Below, in pieces: positions 55,246 to 64,000 of a stretch of 64,000 nt of DNA. The position numbers were made by a program, and so were the translations under genes. The DNA is from a virus. Its lineage: Duplodnaviria; Heunggongvirae; Uroviricota; Caudoviricetes. The stretch is from IMG/VR virus record IMGVR_UViG_3300032320_002688, positions 1 through 64,000 of that record, one strand, 5' to 3'. A model generated the notes under the pieces. The model was not told where the DNA came from. It worked only from the letters and a program-made list of their open reading frames with translations, and made no database searches. Numbering within the stretch: position 1 is the first letter of the stretch; the number at the start of each line of letters is the position of its first letter.

Positions 55246-56499
55246 TTAGTTTAAAACCCCATAAGTATCACCTGTCTTCATCTTGGTGGGGAATCCAAGA
55301 TTTTCAAGTATGTTTTTAATATCCGTTAATAATTTCTTTCCATCTTTACGAGACACGTCTAATAGAAATGAATCGTAAGTATATAATACTATTTTTGTTT
55401 GTTTATCTTTTAAATAATCAAACACTGCTTTTAATGTCTGAACGTTATAATATGTTTCGTATGACTGAATGATATAACTAAGTATTTTGTTTTTGTTTGG
55501 ATTCTCGATTTGCGAAGCACGAAGTTTAGTTATTGCTAAATCTAATTCACCATCGTTTTCAAATATATTCCATTTATGGTCTAAATAATCATTTAATTTA
55601 GCAAAAAATGGTTCATGGATATGTTCCTTTCTAATTCCACCATATAAATTTTGAAACATTACCTCTTTAGGTATTTCATCATATGGGTTATTTTTCCACT
55701 CATATCCAATGATTTTCGCGATAATACGTGGGTGATAAGCGCTATAATCAAATTCAGCGAAATAATCATTTGTTGGTGTGAATGTTTCTCTAGCGCCGTT
55801 ATCTTTGTTTAAAGCGCTGAAATTTATGTTATTAAACGCATTAGTAGGACGGGTGGTTGTATTGTATAAATTAAAATATCCATATATACGACCATCAGAT
55901 ACTGAATAATTTGACCAGTTAAATTCGAAATATTTTTTAAGTAATTTTTCGTCAAACCCAATACCTTGTTTTTCTATGTTATAGAATACATCAGTATAAT
56001 CATCATTTAAATATCCATTTGGATTTAATCCTAGACACCAAGATATGTTATCAAATATACTTTCCTGTTTTTCATAATGTTTAGAAACGGGAATAATACT
56101 ATTAACATTTTTTAAATGAAAAAACTTATTATAAAAGTGGTCATGTAACGTAGTATTAAATACTTCTTCTTTAAGTGCTTCGGGCAACATAAAGTTAACA
56201 TCAATAATAGGTAAACTATCACCTATAAGGTATTTAGTTGCTTTTTTATCTAACGTATATATACGTTCATGTTTTTTAGTAAGATAATCTAATACTGATT
56301 GTAGTGATAATTTAAATGCTTCACTGTGATTAATAGTAAATAAATAACCTTTAGATGTGGGGCATTTGTAGTATATCAAACACGTTTCACTCAGTTTAGG
56401 ATGAAAATTATCATTAAGCGGAATAATATTGATAAAGCAATTTGTGCAGTCCGTATGTAATCGTGATAACTGATCTTCAGTTTCGATAATATAAAACAT
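55246..56499 (-). CDS. hypothetical protein
   Basis: 417-aa ORF between the replication and structural modules. Confidence 0.5.
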   Translation of the reverse strand: MFYIIETEDQLSRLHTDCTNCFINIIPLNDNFHPKLSETCLIYYKCPTSKGYLFTINHSEAFKLSLQSVLDYLTKKHERIYTLDKKATKYLIGDSLPIIDVNFMLPEALKEEVFNTTLHDHFYNKFFHLKNVNSIIPVSKHYEKQESIFDNISWCLGLNPNGYLNDDYTDVFYNIEKQGIGFDEKLLKKYFEFNWSNYSVSDGRIYGYFNLYNTTTRPTNAFNNINFSALNKDNGARETFTPTNDYFAEFDYSAYHPRIIAKIIGYEWKNNPYDEIPKEVMFQNLYGGIRKEHIHEPFFAKLNDYLDHKWNIFENDGELDLAITKLRASQIENPNKNKILSYIIQSYETYYNVQTLKAVFDYLKDKQTKIVLYTYDSFLLDVSRKDGKKLLTDIKNILENLGFPTKMKTGDTYGVLN

Positions 56500-56551
56500 A
56501 ACCTTTTTTTATTGGAATTAAATATAAGACAATGTCTTTGTATTTCCAAAT

Positions 56552-57433
56552 TTATCTTCCTATAAAAGCAGCTAAGTTTTGAGTTCTTAGTTCTTTTAAT
56601 GTTTTGTCTAGTAAGACAGAAATAGAACCTGCTACCGTTGTATTAGCCGCTTTAAGTAACACATTTTTAGATTGTGCAACAGTAGCACCATCAAAAATAT
56701 CTCCATTTCCTCTTACATGATAATATCCAATATAATCCTTATCATTAGATCTATATATTAATTCAGCACCACTTGTATATTGGGCAGAAATTACTTCTAA
56801 CGATTCTAAAACAGCAAATTGGGTTGGATTAGAAAAAAACTTTTCTATGCTTGGAAAAGCAGTTGCTTTAGTTTTTAAAATTCTTTCGTTTGTATTAATT
56901 ATTCCTGCTCTAGGAAAATCTTTATTTTCTTTATTATCTTTAAGTGGACCTGTTATTTGCCAAAATATAGAAGTAACTTCCCACATTATATAATTATACA
57001 CACCTCTTTTAAATAATAAATCTTCATAAGTAGGTTGATTTATTTCTAAAAATATAGAATTAGGTGAATTTCTTCTTTTAGCTACATAACGTGTAAAATA
57101 TCCTCTATTATAATCTTGAGGAGTTGGTTTAGGATAAAATTGAGATGGTTCTTTTAAAGTACCTATTTTTGAATTATTAACAAGACCTCTAGATTTAGAT
57201 AGTGTAGAATACAAGGCATTATTCTCACTTGAAGGCATTTGAGGATTAGGATTGGGAGTAATTGGAAACAAGTTGGCTGAAGGGCCCTCCATAGGGTTTT
57301 TACCTGTTTTTGTTTTTCCATCATATGTTTCATAGTAATATCCAACATATGGAGTACCATCGGAATTAACAAATTGATCTCCGTTAGTATATTTGTTGTC
57401 AGTTATTCTATTTTTTGGAAAATACTTTGCCAT
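56552..57433 (-). CDS. putative virion structural protein
   Basis: 293 aa, Pro/Asn/Gly/Tyr-rich, adjacent to the large structural gene. Confidence 0.4.
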   Translation of the reverse strand: MAKYFPKNRITDNKYTNGDQFVNSDGTPYVGYYYETYDGKTKTGKNPMEGPSANLFPITPNPNPQMPSSENNALYSTLSKSRGLVNNSKIGTLKEPSQFYPKPTPQDYNRGYFTRYVAKRRNSPNSIFLEINQPTYEDLLFKRGVYNYIMWEVTSIFWQITGPLKDNKENKDFPRAGIINTNERILKTKATAFPSIEKFFSNPTQFAVLESLEVISAQYTSGAELIYRSNDKDYIGYYHVRGNGDIFDGATVAQSKNVLLKAANTTVAGSISVLLDKTLKELRTQNLAAFIGR

Positions 57434-60400
57434 TATCCTAATGATTTTTCTATTTGTATTTTAATATCACCTATCATAGATGATGGAATATCATAGTGTC
57501 CAGTTCTTGTTTTAACTGCATTTGATAATAGATCTGTTAGATTTTTAATAGGACCATACAATCCTTTAGCATTACTTCCTCCATAATAACTAGCACCACC
57601 CCAAGCTTCTGTATTGTAATACAAGTATTGTGATGTGCCTCCTTTAGCTTGTCTTGATTTAACTGCGGCTTGTAAAGCTGCAGAAGGAACAGGATCCATC
57701 ATTATAAAGTTTTTAAGTTCGTTTCCTGCAGCGGATACGGCAGATAATACACTAGCACCTTGATTTCCACTTCCTGAATAAATACCTATATTAAGAGTTC
57801 TTTGTGTCAAGCCTGCTTTTGCTAATAAACTATTAACTTCTTTTCTAACACTTGCATATGAAGTAGTCCATGTAGTTGGAAATACAAGAACATATTTATC
57901 AAACCAATCCGCAGCACCCGATTTAATTTTTGCAGGCATATAATCTCTACCTGTTTTACCTGCTATATCAATTCCAGGATAGAAAATAAATACATCAACT
58001 TCTTTTTTAGTAGTCTTTGGCAAGAATGTATAAGTATTAGTAGTTATATTTTTTCCACTATTATTAATAGTTATTGTTTCTGTTTTTTCGTTATCTAATT
58101 TTTGTGCCGTTGGGTCTAAGGAAGTTGATGGAGTTTTTCCGGCACTAACTGGTCCTGTTTTTAATCCACCTAATGGATTAGTATCAACGTTTACCTTTTT
58201 AATAGGAGCATTAACTGAGTTAGGTAATATTAAACTTTGTCCCGATATAGAAGTTACCCATTGGTTATTTTCAATAGAATTTTCTACTTTTCTAACTATA
58301 AATCCTAATTTTGTTGAAGATGGGTTACCACTAGTTTGATATGATATAGGGAGACGTTCTGGAGGAATTACAAAAGCCTGATTAACTAAAATACCTGATA
58401 TGCCATCCATTTTAATAGAAAATTCTAAAGGAATCATTGCTGATCCTTCTGTAGTTTCTTGGTTTGCTTGTCTTGCTTTGAATTTTTCACTAAGAGTATT
58501 TCTTGCAGCTTCTACGTCTTCAACATTATATCTAAAAGTACAATATACTCCTTTAAGATGTCTAGATAGTTGGTTGTCTGGTGTGTCTGCTCCTCCCTCG
58601 GAGCCAGCGGCACCTTGATTTTGAGTTTCATTTCCTGTTTTGGCACCAGCAGCATCACCATCAGTACTATCTACTTTGGTAGGTGCAATTCTATCTTTAA
58701 CAAATTCATTCCATTTTGCTACCGCACTAGCATTAACTGCTGCTTGCTTTGTATTACCCGTAGTTGCCTGAGCGGCAATAACTAACATAGATGATAACTT
58801 AGGAGAAATTTTAGATGTTAAACTATAGTTATAAACTATTGAATTTAATCCTAATACATCTATAATAGCAGGTTGTGGTGGTCCATTACCATCGTCTATA
58901 CGTTGTTCATCTAATAAACTAATACAATATGAGTCATCATTAAAAGCAGCTCTAAACTGGTTAACTCCACCCAGAGCATTACTTATATCACCTAATACTT
59001 CAGTTAAAAATTTATCAACTTTTACTTCTTTATTAACGTCCGTTCCTGCTAAAGAATCTAACTTTCCTACAAGATACTCAATATTCATCATAATGTGCAT
59101 CAAATATCCTGAAGATTTTGTATTATAAAATCCTAAATTATTAGTTTTAATGGTTGCACTTAATACATCTCCTGCAGGAACATATTTGTTATCCTCAGTT
59201 ATAGTTCCTAAAGTATTAGGTAATACCTCTTTTCCATCGGTTCCATTAAATCCACCAAATAGATTATTCATTAAGCTTTCTTTAGCTCCAACATCAATTA
59301 AACATATAGAAGGATCTACTGAAACAGAATATGGTTCAGCATAACAGAAATTTGTTTTGTCATTAAAGTCAATATAAATAATAGGTCTTGTTTTTGTTGC
59401 GTTATCATCTCCTTTTTTAGAATTATATAACATCCCTGATGATTGAAGGATGGCTAAAAAATAACCTAATGGGATATATACACTAGGTAATTGATCTTTA
59501 TTAGTAGCATCCTTAGTTGATTGTTCTTGAGCGGGAGATGTTAGATAAGCAATAACAAGATAACTAATCAAATTAGGAGAAATATTAGGTATTTTACCAG
59601 CATCTTCTGGGTGGTTTAATAACCACGCGTTATTACCTTTTTGAGCAAAAATATTACCACCTATTGAATTTCCTGATACTTTTAAAAAGTCATAAGATTT
59701 ATTTTGACTAAAAATACTCGTTGCAACAGCAGCATCTGTTGAATATGAAATAGCATCTGAGGGTTTGGTATCTATATCATCTGGTTTCCAAAATTCCCAC
59801 CAAGCGTTATCCCAAAATTTATTTTGAACTTGATTAGATGTTAAAGCGTGTTCGTATATTGCAAAAAGATGTTTATGAAGAATAGAGTTGTTTCTTGAAG
59901 CAATAACTCCCGGAAGCTCTTGTTTAGCTTTTGCCTCTATTATCTCATCAATTTTTTGCAATAAAGGTTTATTTCCACCCGCGGTAGCATCTCCTACTGG
60001 AGGAGCATTAGGGTCGGGTGCTGTTTCTTCTTTTTGTTTTGGTTTGTTTCTTTCTAAAAATTCTTTATATATAGGAAGTTGAGAAGGAGATGCTAGAAAA
60101 TCAACTTTTGAAGTAGTATAATTAATAGTTAAAGATTCAACTATGGAACCGGGTCCTATGATTTTTAAATCAATATCATAGCTACCATCTTGGTTTGCTA
60201 CCCATGAATAGTTAGTTACTGTTCCAAATAGAGCATCGTAATTACCAAACGTATTTTTTCTAAGTTTAGAAATTTCATTAGCCACTGCTTCTTTTGAATC
60301 AAGTGTAAAAACAGGAAGAGTTTTTATTTGTGTTTGAAGAACACCATCATTATTAACATAAGGAATATGACCAAACTCAACAATTATAGAATATCCTAAG

Positions 60401-60912
60401 TGACAATATAAAGTTTCAATAATATTAAATTGTTCAAGATCGTATGCTTTAATTTTAACGTTTGCTGTTTTTAAAGCACCATAAGGACCATCACAAGTAA
60501 TACTAAATGAAGTTACACCAGGCATTGGTTTTAAACCCATATCACCTGGTGAGTTTGGTTTAAATCCAATTCCATAGGCTCTATCAGGGCCTATTCCCGA
60601 TCTCAAAACAGAACCATTATTTAGAGTAGCATCAGCAAAAGCAACACCTCCCTGTAAAATATATTTTTTAGCTAAATCAGGACCAGCACCATACGCTTTA
60701 GCTAAAGGACCTCCGTCAGCTCCGGCTTTAATATCAATATTAGAAGTAATTCTTAACCACCCGTTTCTGTTAGTAAGCCATAATATATCTGCATTTGTTC
60801 TTTCAACACCACCAATGCCTGAGGCTAATATTTTTCCTCTTGCCTTAAGTTGGCCTGTTACAGCGTCACTAAAACTTTTTCCAATGATATTTGTGTAATT
60901 TAAAACCCCCAT
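57433..60912 (-). CDS. large virion-associated protein (tail/baseplate or tape-measure-like)
   Basis: 1159 aa, Gly/Ala/Ser/Thr/Asn-rich; C-terminal about 250 aa may be an enzymatic domain. Confidence 0.55.
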   Translation of the reverse strand: MGVLNYTNIIGKSFSDAVTGQLKARGKILASGIGGVERTNADILWLTNRNGWLRITSNIDIKAGADGGPLAKAYGAGPDLAKKYILQGGVAFADATLNNGSVLRSGIGPDRAYGIGFKPNSPGDMGLKPMPGVTSFSITCDGPYGALKTANVKIKAYDLEQFNIIETLYCHLGYSIIVEFGHIPYVNNDGVLQTQIKTLPVFTLDSKEAVANEISKLRKNTFGNYDALFGTVTNYSWVANQDGSYDIDLKIIGPGSIVESLTINYTTSKVDFLASPSQLPIYKEFLERNKPKQKEETAPDPNAPPVGDATAGGNKPLLQKIDEIIEAKAKQELPGVIASRNNSILHKHLFAIYEHALTSNQVQNKFWDNAWWEFWKPDDIDTKPSDAISYSTDAAVATSIFSQNKSYDFLKVSGNSIGGNIFAQKGNNAWLLNHPEDAGKIPNISPNLISYLVIAYLTSPAQEQSTKDATNKDQLPSVYIPLGYFLAILQSSGMLYNSKKGDDNATKTRPIIYIDFNDKTNFCYAEPYSVSVDPSICLIDVGAKESLMNNLFGGFNGTDGKEVLPNTLGTITEDNKYVPAGDVLSATIKTNNLGFYNTKSSGYLMHIMMNIEYLVGKLDSLAGTDVNKEVKVDKFLTEVLGDISNALGGVNQFRAAFNDDSYCISLLDEQRIDDGNGPPQPAIIDVLGLNSIVYNYSLTSKISPKLSSMLVIAAQATTGNTKQAAVNASAVAKWNEFVKDRIAPTKVDSTDGDAAGAKTGNETQNQGAAGSEGGADTPDNQLSRHLKGVYCTFRYNVEDVEAARNTLSEKFKARQANQETTEGSAMIPLEFSIKMDGISGILVNQAFVIPPERLPISYQTSGNPSSTKLGFIVRKVENSIENNQWVTSISGQSLILPNSVNAPIKKVNVDTNPLGGLKTGPVSAGKTPSTSLDPTAQKLDNEKTETITINNSGKNITTNTYTFLPKTTKKEVDVFIFYPGIDIAGKTGRDYMPAKIKSGAADWFDKYVLVFPTTWTTSYASVRKEVNSLLAKAGLTQRTLNIGIYSGSGNQGASVLSAVSAAGNELKNFIMMDPVPSAALQAAVKSRQAKGGTSQYLYYNTEAWGGASYYGGSNAKGLYGPIKNLTDLLSNAVKTRTGHYDIPSSMIGDIKIQIEKSLG

Positions 60913-60913
60913 A

Positions 60914-61258
60914 TTAATATGATGTTGATGAATTTTCTCGGTTATATTCTGCCAAAGCTAAACTTATATTAGATGGGATTCTTATTTGTGCCCCATCTCC
61001 AGGGAACAAAGTATCTCCTTCTAAATTATTAGCAGCAGCAATAATCCACCAATAGGTAGAATCACCGTAAAAATCCTGTGCTATTAAATCCAAACGATCT
61101 GTACCTTTAGTAATTATGTAATTATCCTGTTCTGTAACAGTGATATTTGGATAATAAGTAGGACGATAATACTGAGTTCCTACTGGACGAGCCGATTTAG
61201 ATTTATCGTCGCTTATTGTTGTTTTTTCTATTGGTATCGTTAAATATCTATCTGACAT
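60914..61258 (-). CDS. LysM / phage tail protein X-like protein
   Basis: GTDRLDLIAQDFYGDSTYWWIIAAANNLEGDTLFPGDGAQIRIP fits the LysM pattern. Confidence 0.5.
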   Translation of the reverse strand: MSDRYLTIPIEKTTISDDKSKSARPVGTQYYRPTYYPNITVTEQDNYIITKGTDRLDLIAQDFYGDSTYWWIIAAANNLEGDTLFPGDGAQIRIPSNISLALAEYNRENSSTSY

Positions 61259-61261
61259 AAA

Positions 61262-63415
61262 TTATACTATTGCTGCTACTTCTCCTAAAAATTTATTATT
61301 TTTAGTAGCTGGTGTTATTAATGGTACACCTGCACCTCTTCTTGGTAATATACTCATGATAGGTGTAAAGGCCAAACTTATTTTTAACATTTGAGGTAAT
61401 TCATACATGTCAGTATCAGCAGCATTTCCTTCAGGTTGACTCATTGCTACTTCCCAAGCAGTATCGTCTGGAATAGTAATATTAACACTTTTTAAAATGC
61501 CTGGAGTTCTATATAAGTAATCCCCTACAGTTAATAAAGTAATATTACCTCTCATTAAACCAGAAGAGTTATAGTTTGGATAACATAATGAAGCTAAATA
61601 GTTTGCTTTTTGATAGATGCGTTTCATTTCCCATCTTGATAAAGCGGGTAGTGTAAAGTTCATACTTACTTCTCTTGTAAAACCTTGGTAAGTATAAAAA
61701 GTATCACCTCTACCAGTATATGAAAAACCATTCCAGTTTGCGTTGTGATTATCACTGAATCCATCTATATATGAACGAAAATATATTTTTGTTGTTTGAG
61801 TAGGAGCATTATTATCTACTGCTTCAACTACAAATTTTACTAAATCCCTAAAATTACCTCCTTGTAAACCACCTGCACTTGACGCTTGAATAGGAGTCAT
61901 TGTTACTGCATCCTGAGTGGTAGAATCATTTTCAAGAAGATTCTTTCTATTAAAATTAGTTTTACCTGAATTGGCAAAACCAATTCTACCCTGCATATTT
62001 ATTTTATTATCTTGATAGTCGTAACTATATAATGATTTTCCACCAATTCTATTATCGATTAATATTTTTCTAAAATCTTGAGGCATTTGTCCTCTATGGC
62101 CTTTAGCTACATCCCCTCTTGATTTAATTAAATCATAAGTATATGCAAACCCGGCTGATGTTTGGAAAAATGTATCATCTGCTTCTTTTAAAATATCCTG
62201 ACTTCTACTTGCTTGAAGAGGAGGATTAGTAACAGATTGATATAATTTATAAGCCGTTAAAGCACTTCCTGGTTCTACATCAGTACCTGCTTTTGCTGGA
62301 CGAACATATGAACCACTATAATTAATAGGATAAGGAGTACTTTCGTAGTTATTTTTTGTAACAACTTTTTGTTGAGAATTTGCTATAAAAGTTGCCCCGT
62401 TTGCTTCAATACCACTTACTACTTGTATTTGAGATTCAGATACAAATATTGATTGAGCCGCAGTATATTTTGAATAATCAAATACAGGTTTTGAACCTGT
62501 TATTAGACGAAAATTAGTTGGATATCTATTTGTAGAAAAATTATTTACTATAACATCGGATTGTTGTCCTATATTATTTAAATAGAAACTACCTTGAGCA
62601 TCTACATACCCTGGATTGAATATATCTCCACTTTGAGACATATAAACATTAGATGCTGTTACATAACGTTTGTAATTTAATAACGGTATAGGTCTAGCAC
62701 CATATAAATAAGGATAAGCACTAATTGAAGAAGATGCGGGTGTAGTTGAATCAAATCTAGGAATAATAGTTTCTCCTAGGCCATATGTGGTTTCGGGTCC
62801 ATTACTGTATTTGAATAAATTAAGTGATGATTTATCATCAATACCTAATCTTTTAATATTTGTGGGATCAATAGCAACTGATCCTGGGTTGATTTTTGTT
62901 GAATATAAAGTTAATAATCTATTAGTTTTACCATTATTAGTTACTACTTGTTGTCCAACAATATAAGCATATTTTAATTGATCAGAAGTACTAGGAACAA
63001 TACCAGGTCTATCCCAATGTATTCCACTACCTTGAACTCCTACTTGAGCTAAAGTATTAGTAGGTACATATACCTGTGTGTAAGGAGTACTACCTAAAAC
63101 AGCGCCTACTTCTGTTCTAGGATTTGATAATTGAAGACCTATTTGTTTCGCAATGAAAAAAGGTCCACGTTGTAAGTCACCAAAAAACTTTGTTATACGT
63201 AAAGTATCGGTTACTGCGTCAGTAAGTGCTTTAGCACCTCCTCTAATAGGAAAATCAATACTATATTTTCCTGCAGCGATACCTAATTGTGCCGCAGCAC
63301 TATCGTTTTGAGGTAAGTATGTTTTAATATAAGGAAGCCCACTATTGCCGCCCCCAGGACGGTCATTACCAAACTTTAGGTTTGTTAAATCTGATTTTAA
63401 ATCTATTAAGGGCAT
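61262..63415 (-). CDS. putative virion structural protein (tail sheath/fiber class)
   Basis: 717 aa, beta-rich, Asn/Gly/Ser/Thr/Tyr-rich. Confidence 0.5.
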   Translation of the reverse strand: MPLIDLKSDLTNLKFGNDRPGGGNSGLPYIKTYLPQNDSAAAQLGIAAGKYSIDFPIRGGAKALTDAVTDTLRITKFFGDLQRGPFFIAKQIGLQLSNPRTEVGAVLGSTPYTQVYVPTNTLAQVGVQGSGIHWDRPGIVPSTSDQLKYAYIVGQQVVTNNGKTNRLLTLYSTKINPGSVAIDPTNIKRLGIDDKSSLNLFKYSNGPETTYGLGETIIPRFDSTTPASSSISAYPYLYGARPIPLLNYKRYVTASNVYMSQSGDIFNPGYVDAQGSFYLNNIGQQSDVIVNNFSTNRYPTNFRLITGSKPVFDYSKYTAAQSIFVSESQIQVVSGIEANGATFIANSQQKVVTKNNYESTPYPINYSGSYVRPAKAGTDVEPGSALTAYKLYQSVTNPPLQASRSQDILKEADDTFFQTSAGFAYTYDLIKSRGDVAKGHRGQMPQDFRKILIDNRIGGKSLYSYDYQDNKINMQGRIGFANSGKTNFNRKNLLENDSTTQDAVTMTPIQASSAGGLQGGNFRDLVKFVVEAVDNNAPTQTTKIYFRSYIDGFSDNHNANWNGFSYTGRGDTFYTYQGFTREVSMNFTLPALSRWEMKRIYQKANYLASLCYPNYNSSGLMRGNITLLTVGDYLYRTPGILKSVNITIPDDTAWEVAMSQPEGNAADTDMYELPQMLKISLAFTPIMSILPRRGAGVPLITPATKNNKFLGEVAAIV

Positions 63416-63422
63416 TCACGTG

Positions 63423-63599
63423 TTATTGTGGTTTTTTATCCAAATATTTTTCTGGGTTTGCTACGCCTAAATCTAATTGAGATTTAGCTAAGTCAGTAAC
63501 TGTTTGGTTAGTAGACTGAGCAGTAGCATTAAGAGGAGTTTCAGGAGTTTTACCCTGTAAACTTAATGTTGAATCTTTTAATTGATCAATAATTGCCAT
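63423..63599 (-). CDS. small ORF (about 58 aa, not in track)
   Basis: MAIIDQLKDSTLSLQGKTPETPLNATAQSTNQTVTDL... read by eye. Confidence 0.25.
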   Translation of the reverse strand: MAIIDQLKDSTLSLQGKTPETPLNATAQSTNQTVTDLAKSQLDLGVANPEKYLDKKPQ

Positions 63600-63627
63600 A
63601 ATTTTATTATTTTATATAAATATTCTA

Positions 63628-64000
63628 TTATCCTGTTCTTCGAGTGTTTACAGCCATTGGACTTTGTAATTTAGTTGAAACCATAGCGCCGTCTAAATAA
63701 ACGTTACCACCTTGTTTAACTGCTGATATTAATTCATCAATTTTAGCGTAAAATTCTTTAAGAGGAACAACTGCTTCGGCACCGGCCTCACCAACTAATG
63801 CATTAGTAGGACCAGTTACTATACCACCAGCAGCCATAGCTTTTTGTTCACCTATAGCATAGTTACCTAATCCTTGGAAAGTATCATCAGGTAACCAATC
63901 AACTAAGTTATCTGAAAGCCATTTAATTGGTGATAAACCAAGAGCACCTAAAACACTATCAGCTAAACTTATTGCGGTTCCAACTCCTGGAATTAAATTT
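63628..64000 (-). CDS. partial ORF, likely continues beyond the window end (Gly/Ala-rich)
   Basis: Track ORF 63628..63837; the reading frame appears open to the window edge. Confidence 0.3.
   Translation of the reverse strand, partial: NLIPGVGTAISLADSVLGALGLSPIKWLSDNLVDWLPDDTFQGLGNYAIGEQKAMAAGGIVTGPTNALVGEAGAEAVVPLKEFYAKIDELISAVKQGGNVYLDGAMVSTKLQSPMAVNTRRTG

Noticed and set aside
57163-57372. 69-aa ORF nested inside 56552..57433
   Set aside because: It is an alternative frame within a longer ORF with no independent support.
1-64000. CRISPR array or other long tandem repeat arrays
   Set aside because: No regularly spaced direct repeats were seen. The only repeats are short intergenic motifs and the 29-bp pair at 43980..44197.

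Overview
This window is an AT-rich (roughly 30-35% GC) segment of a large lytic dsDNA phage genome. Essentially every credible gene lies on the minus strand, and the genes are tightly packed with frequent start/stop overlaps. The plus-strand ORFs in the supplied track all lie inside minus-strand genes and look spurious. From about 29 kb to 56 kb there is a T4-like replication and nucleotide-metabolism module. It contains a gp44-like clamp loader, a possible clamp, a family-B DNA polymerase, a DnaB/gp41-like helicase, a T4 RNase H/FEN-like 5'-3' exonuclease, a UvsX/RecA-like recombinase, a gp32-like single-stranded DNA-binding protein, a ribonucleotide reductase with thioredoxin, and a Dcd/dUTPase-family protein. 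Embedded in it are a complete phage-encoded chaperone set (GroEL, GroES, Hsp20) and a 7-deazaguanine (preQ0/queuosine-type) DNA-modification cluster. That cluster has FolE, QueD, QueE, QueC, a DpdA/TGT-like protein and a Gpt-like phosphoribosyltransferase, and several of these members are atypical. A tRNA-Ser(UGA) lies at about 30.9 kb. The virion structural region begins at about 56.5 kb, with a 1159-aa protein, a LysM/tail-X-like protein and a 717-aa protein. The first 28 kb is an accessory region. It holds many small hypothetical genes and proteins with RyR, SWIM, SprT-like, DUF932-like, SPFH and Cas4-like nuclease domains. It also has three or four P4H-type 2OG-Fe(II) oxygenases plus a NodU/CmcH carbamoyltransferase. 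There is a sulfation module (APS kinase, an HxGH nucleotidyltransferase, two sulfotransferases). There is also an approximately 11-kb glycan-biosynthesis island (split HldE-like heptose kinase and adenylyltransferase, RmlC-like and SDR sugar-nucleotide enzymes, two O-methyltransferases, GT2, GT4 and GT10-like glycosyltransferases). The sulfation module and the adjacent glycan island together are the most likely novel system in the window. All functional calls come from motif recognition by eye. No database search was run.
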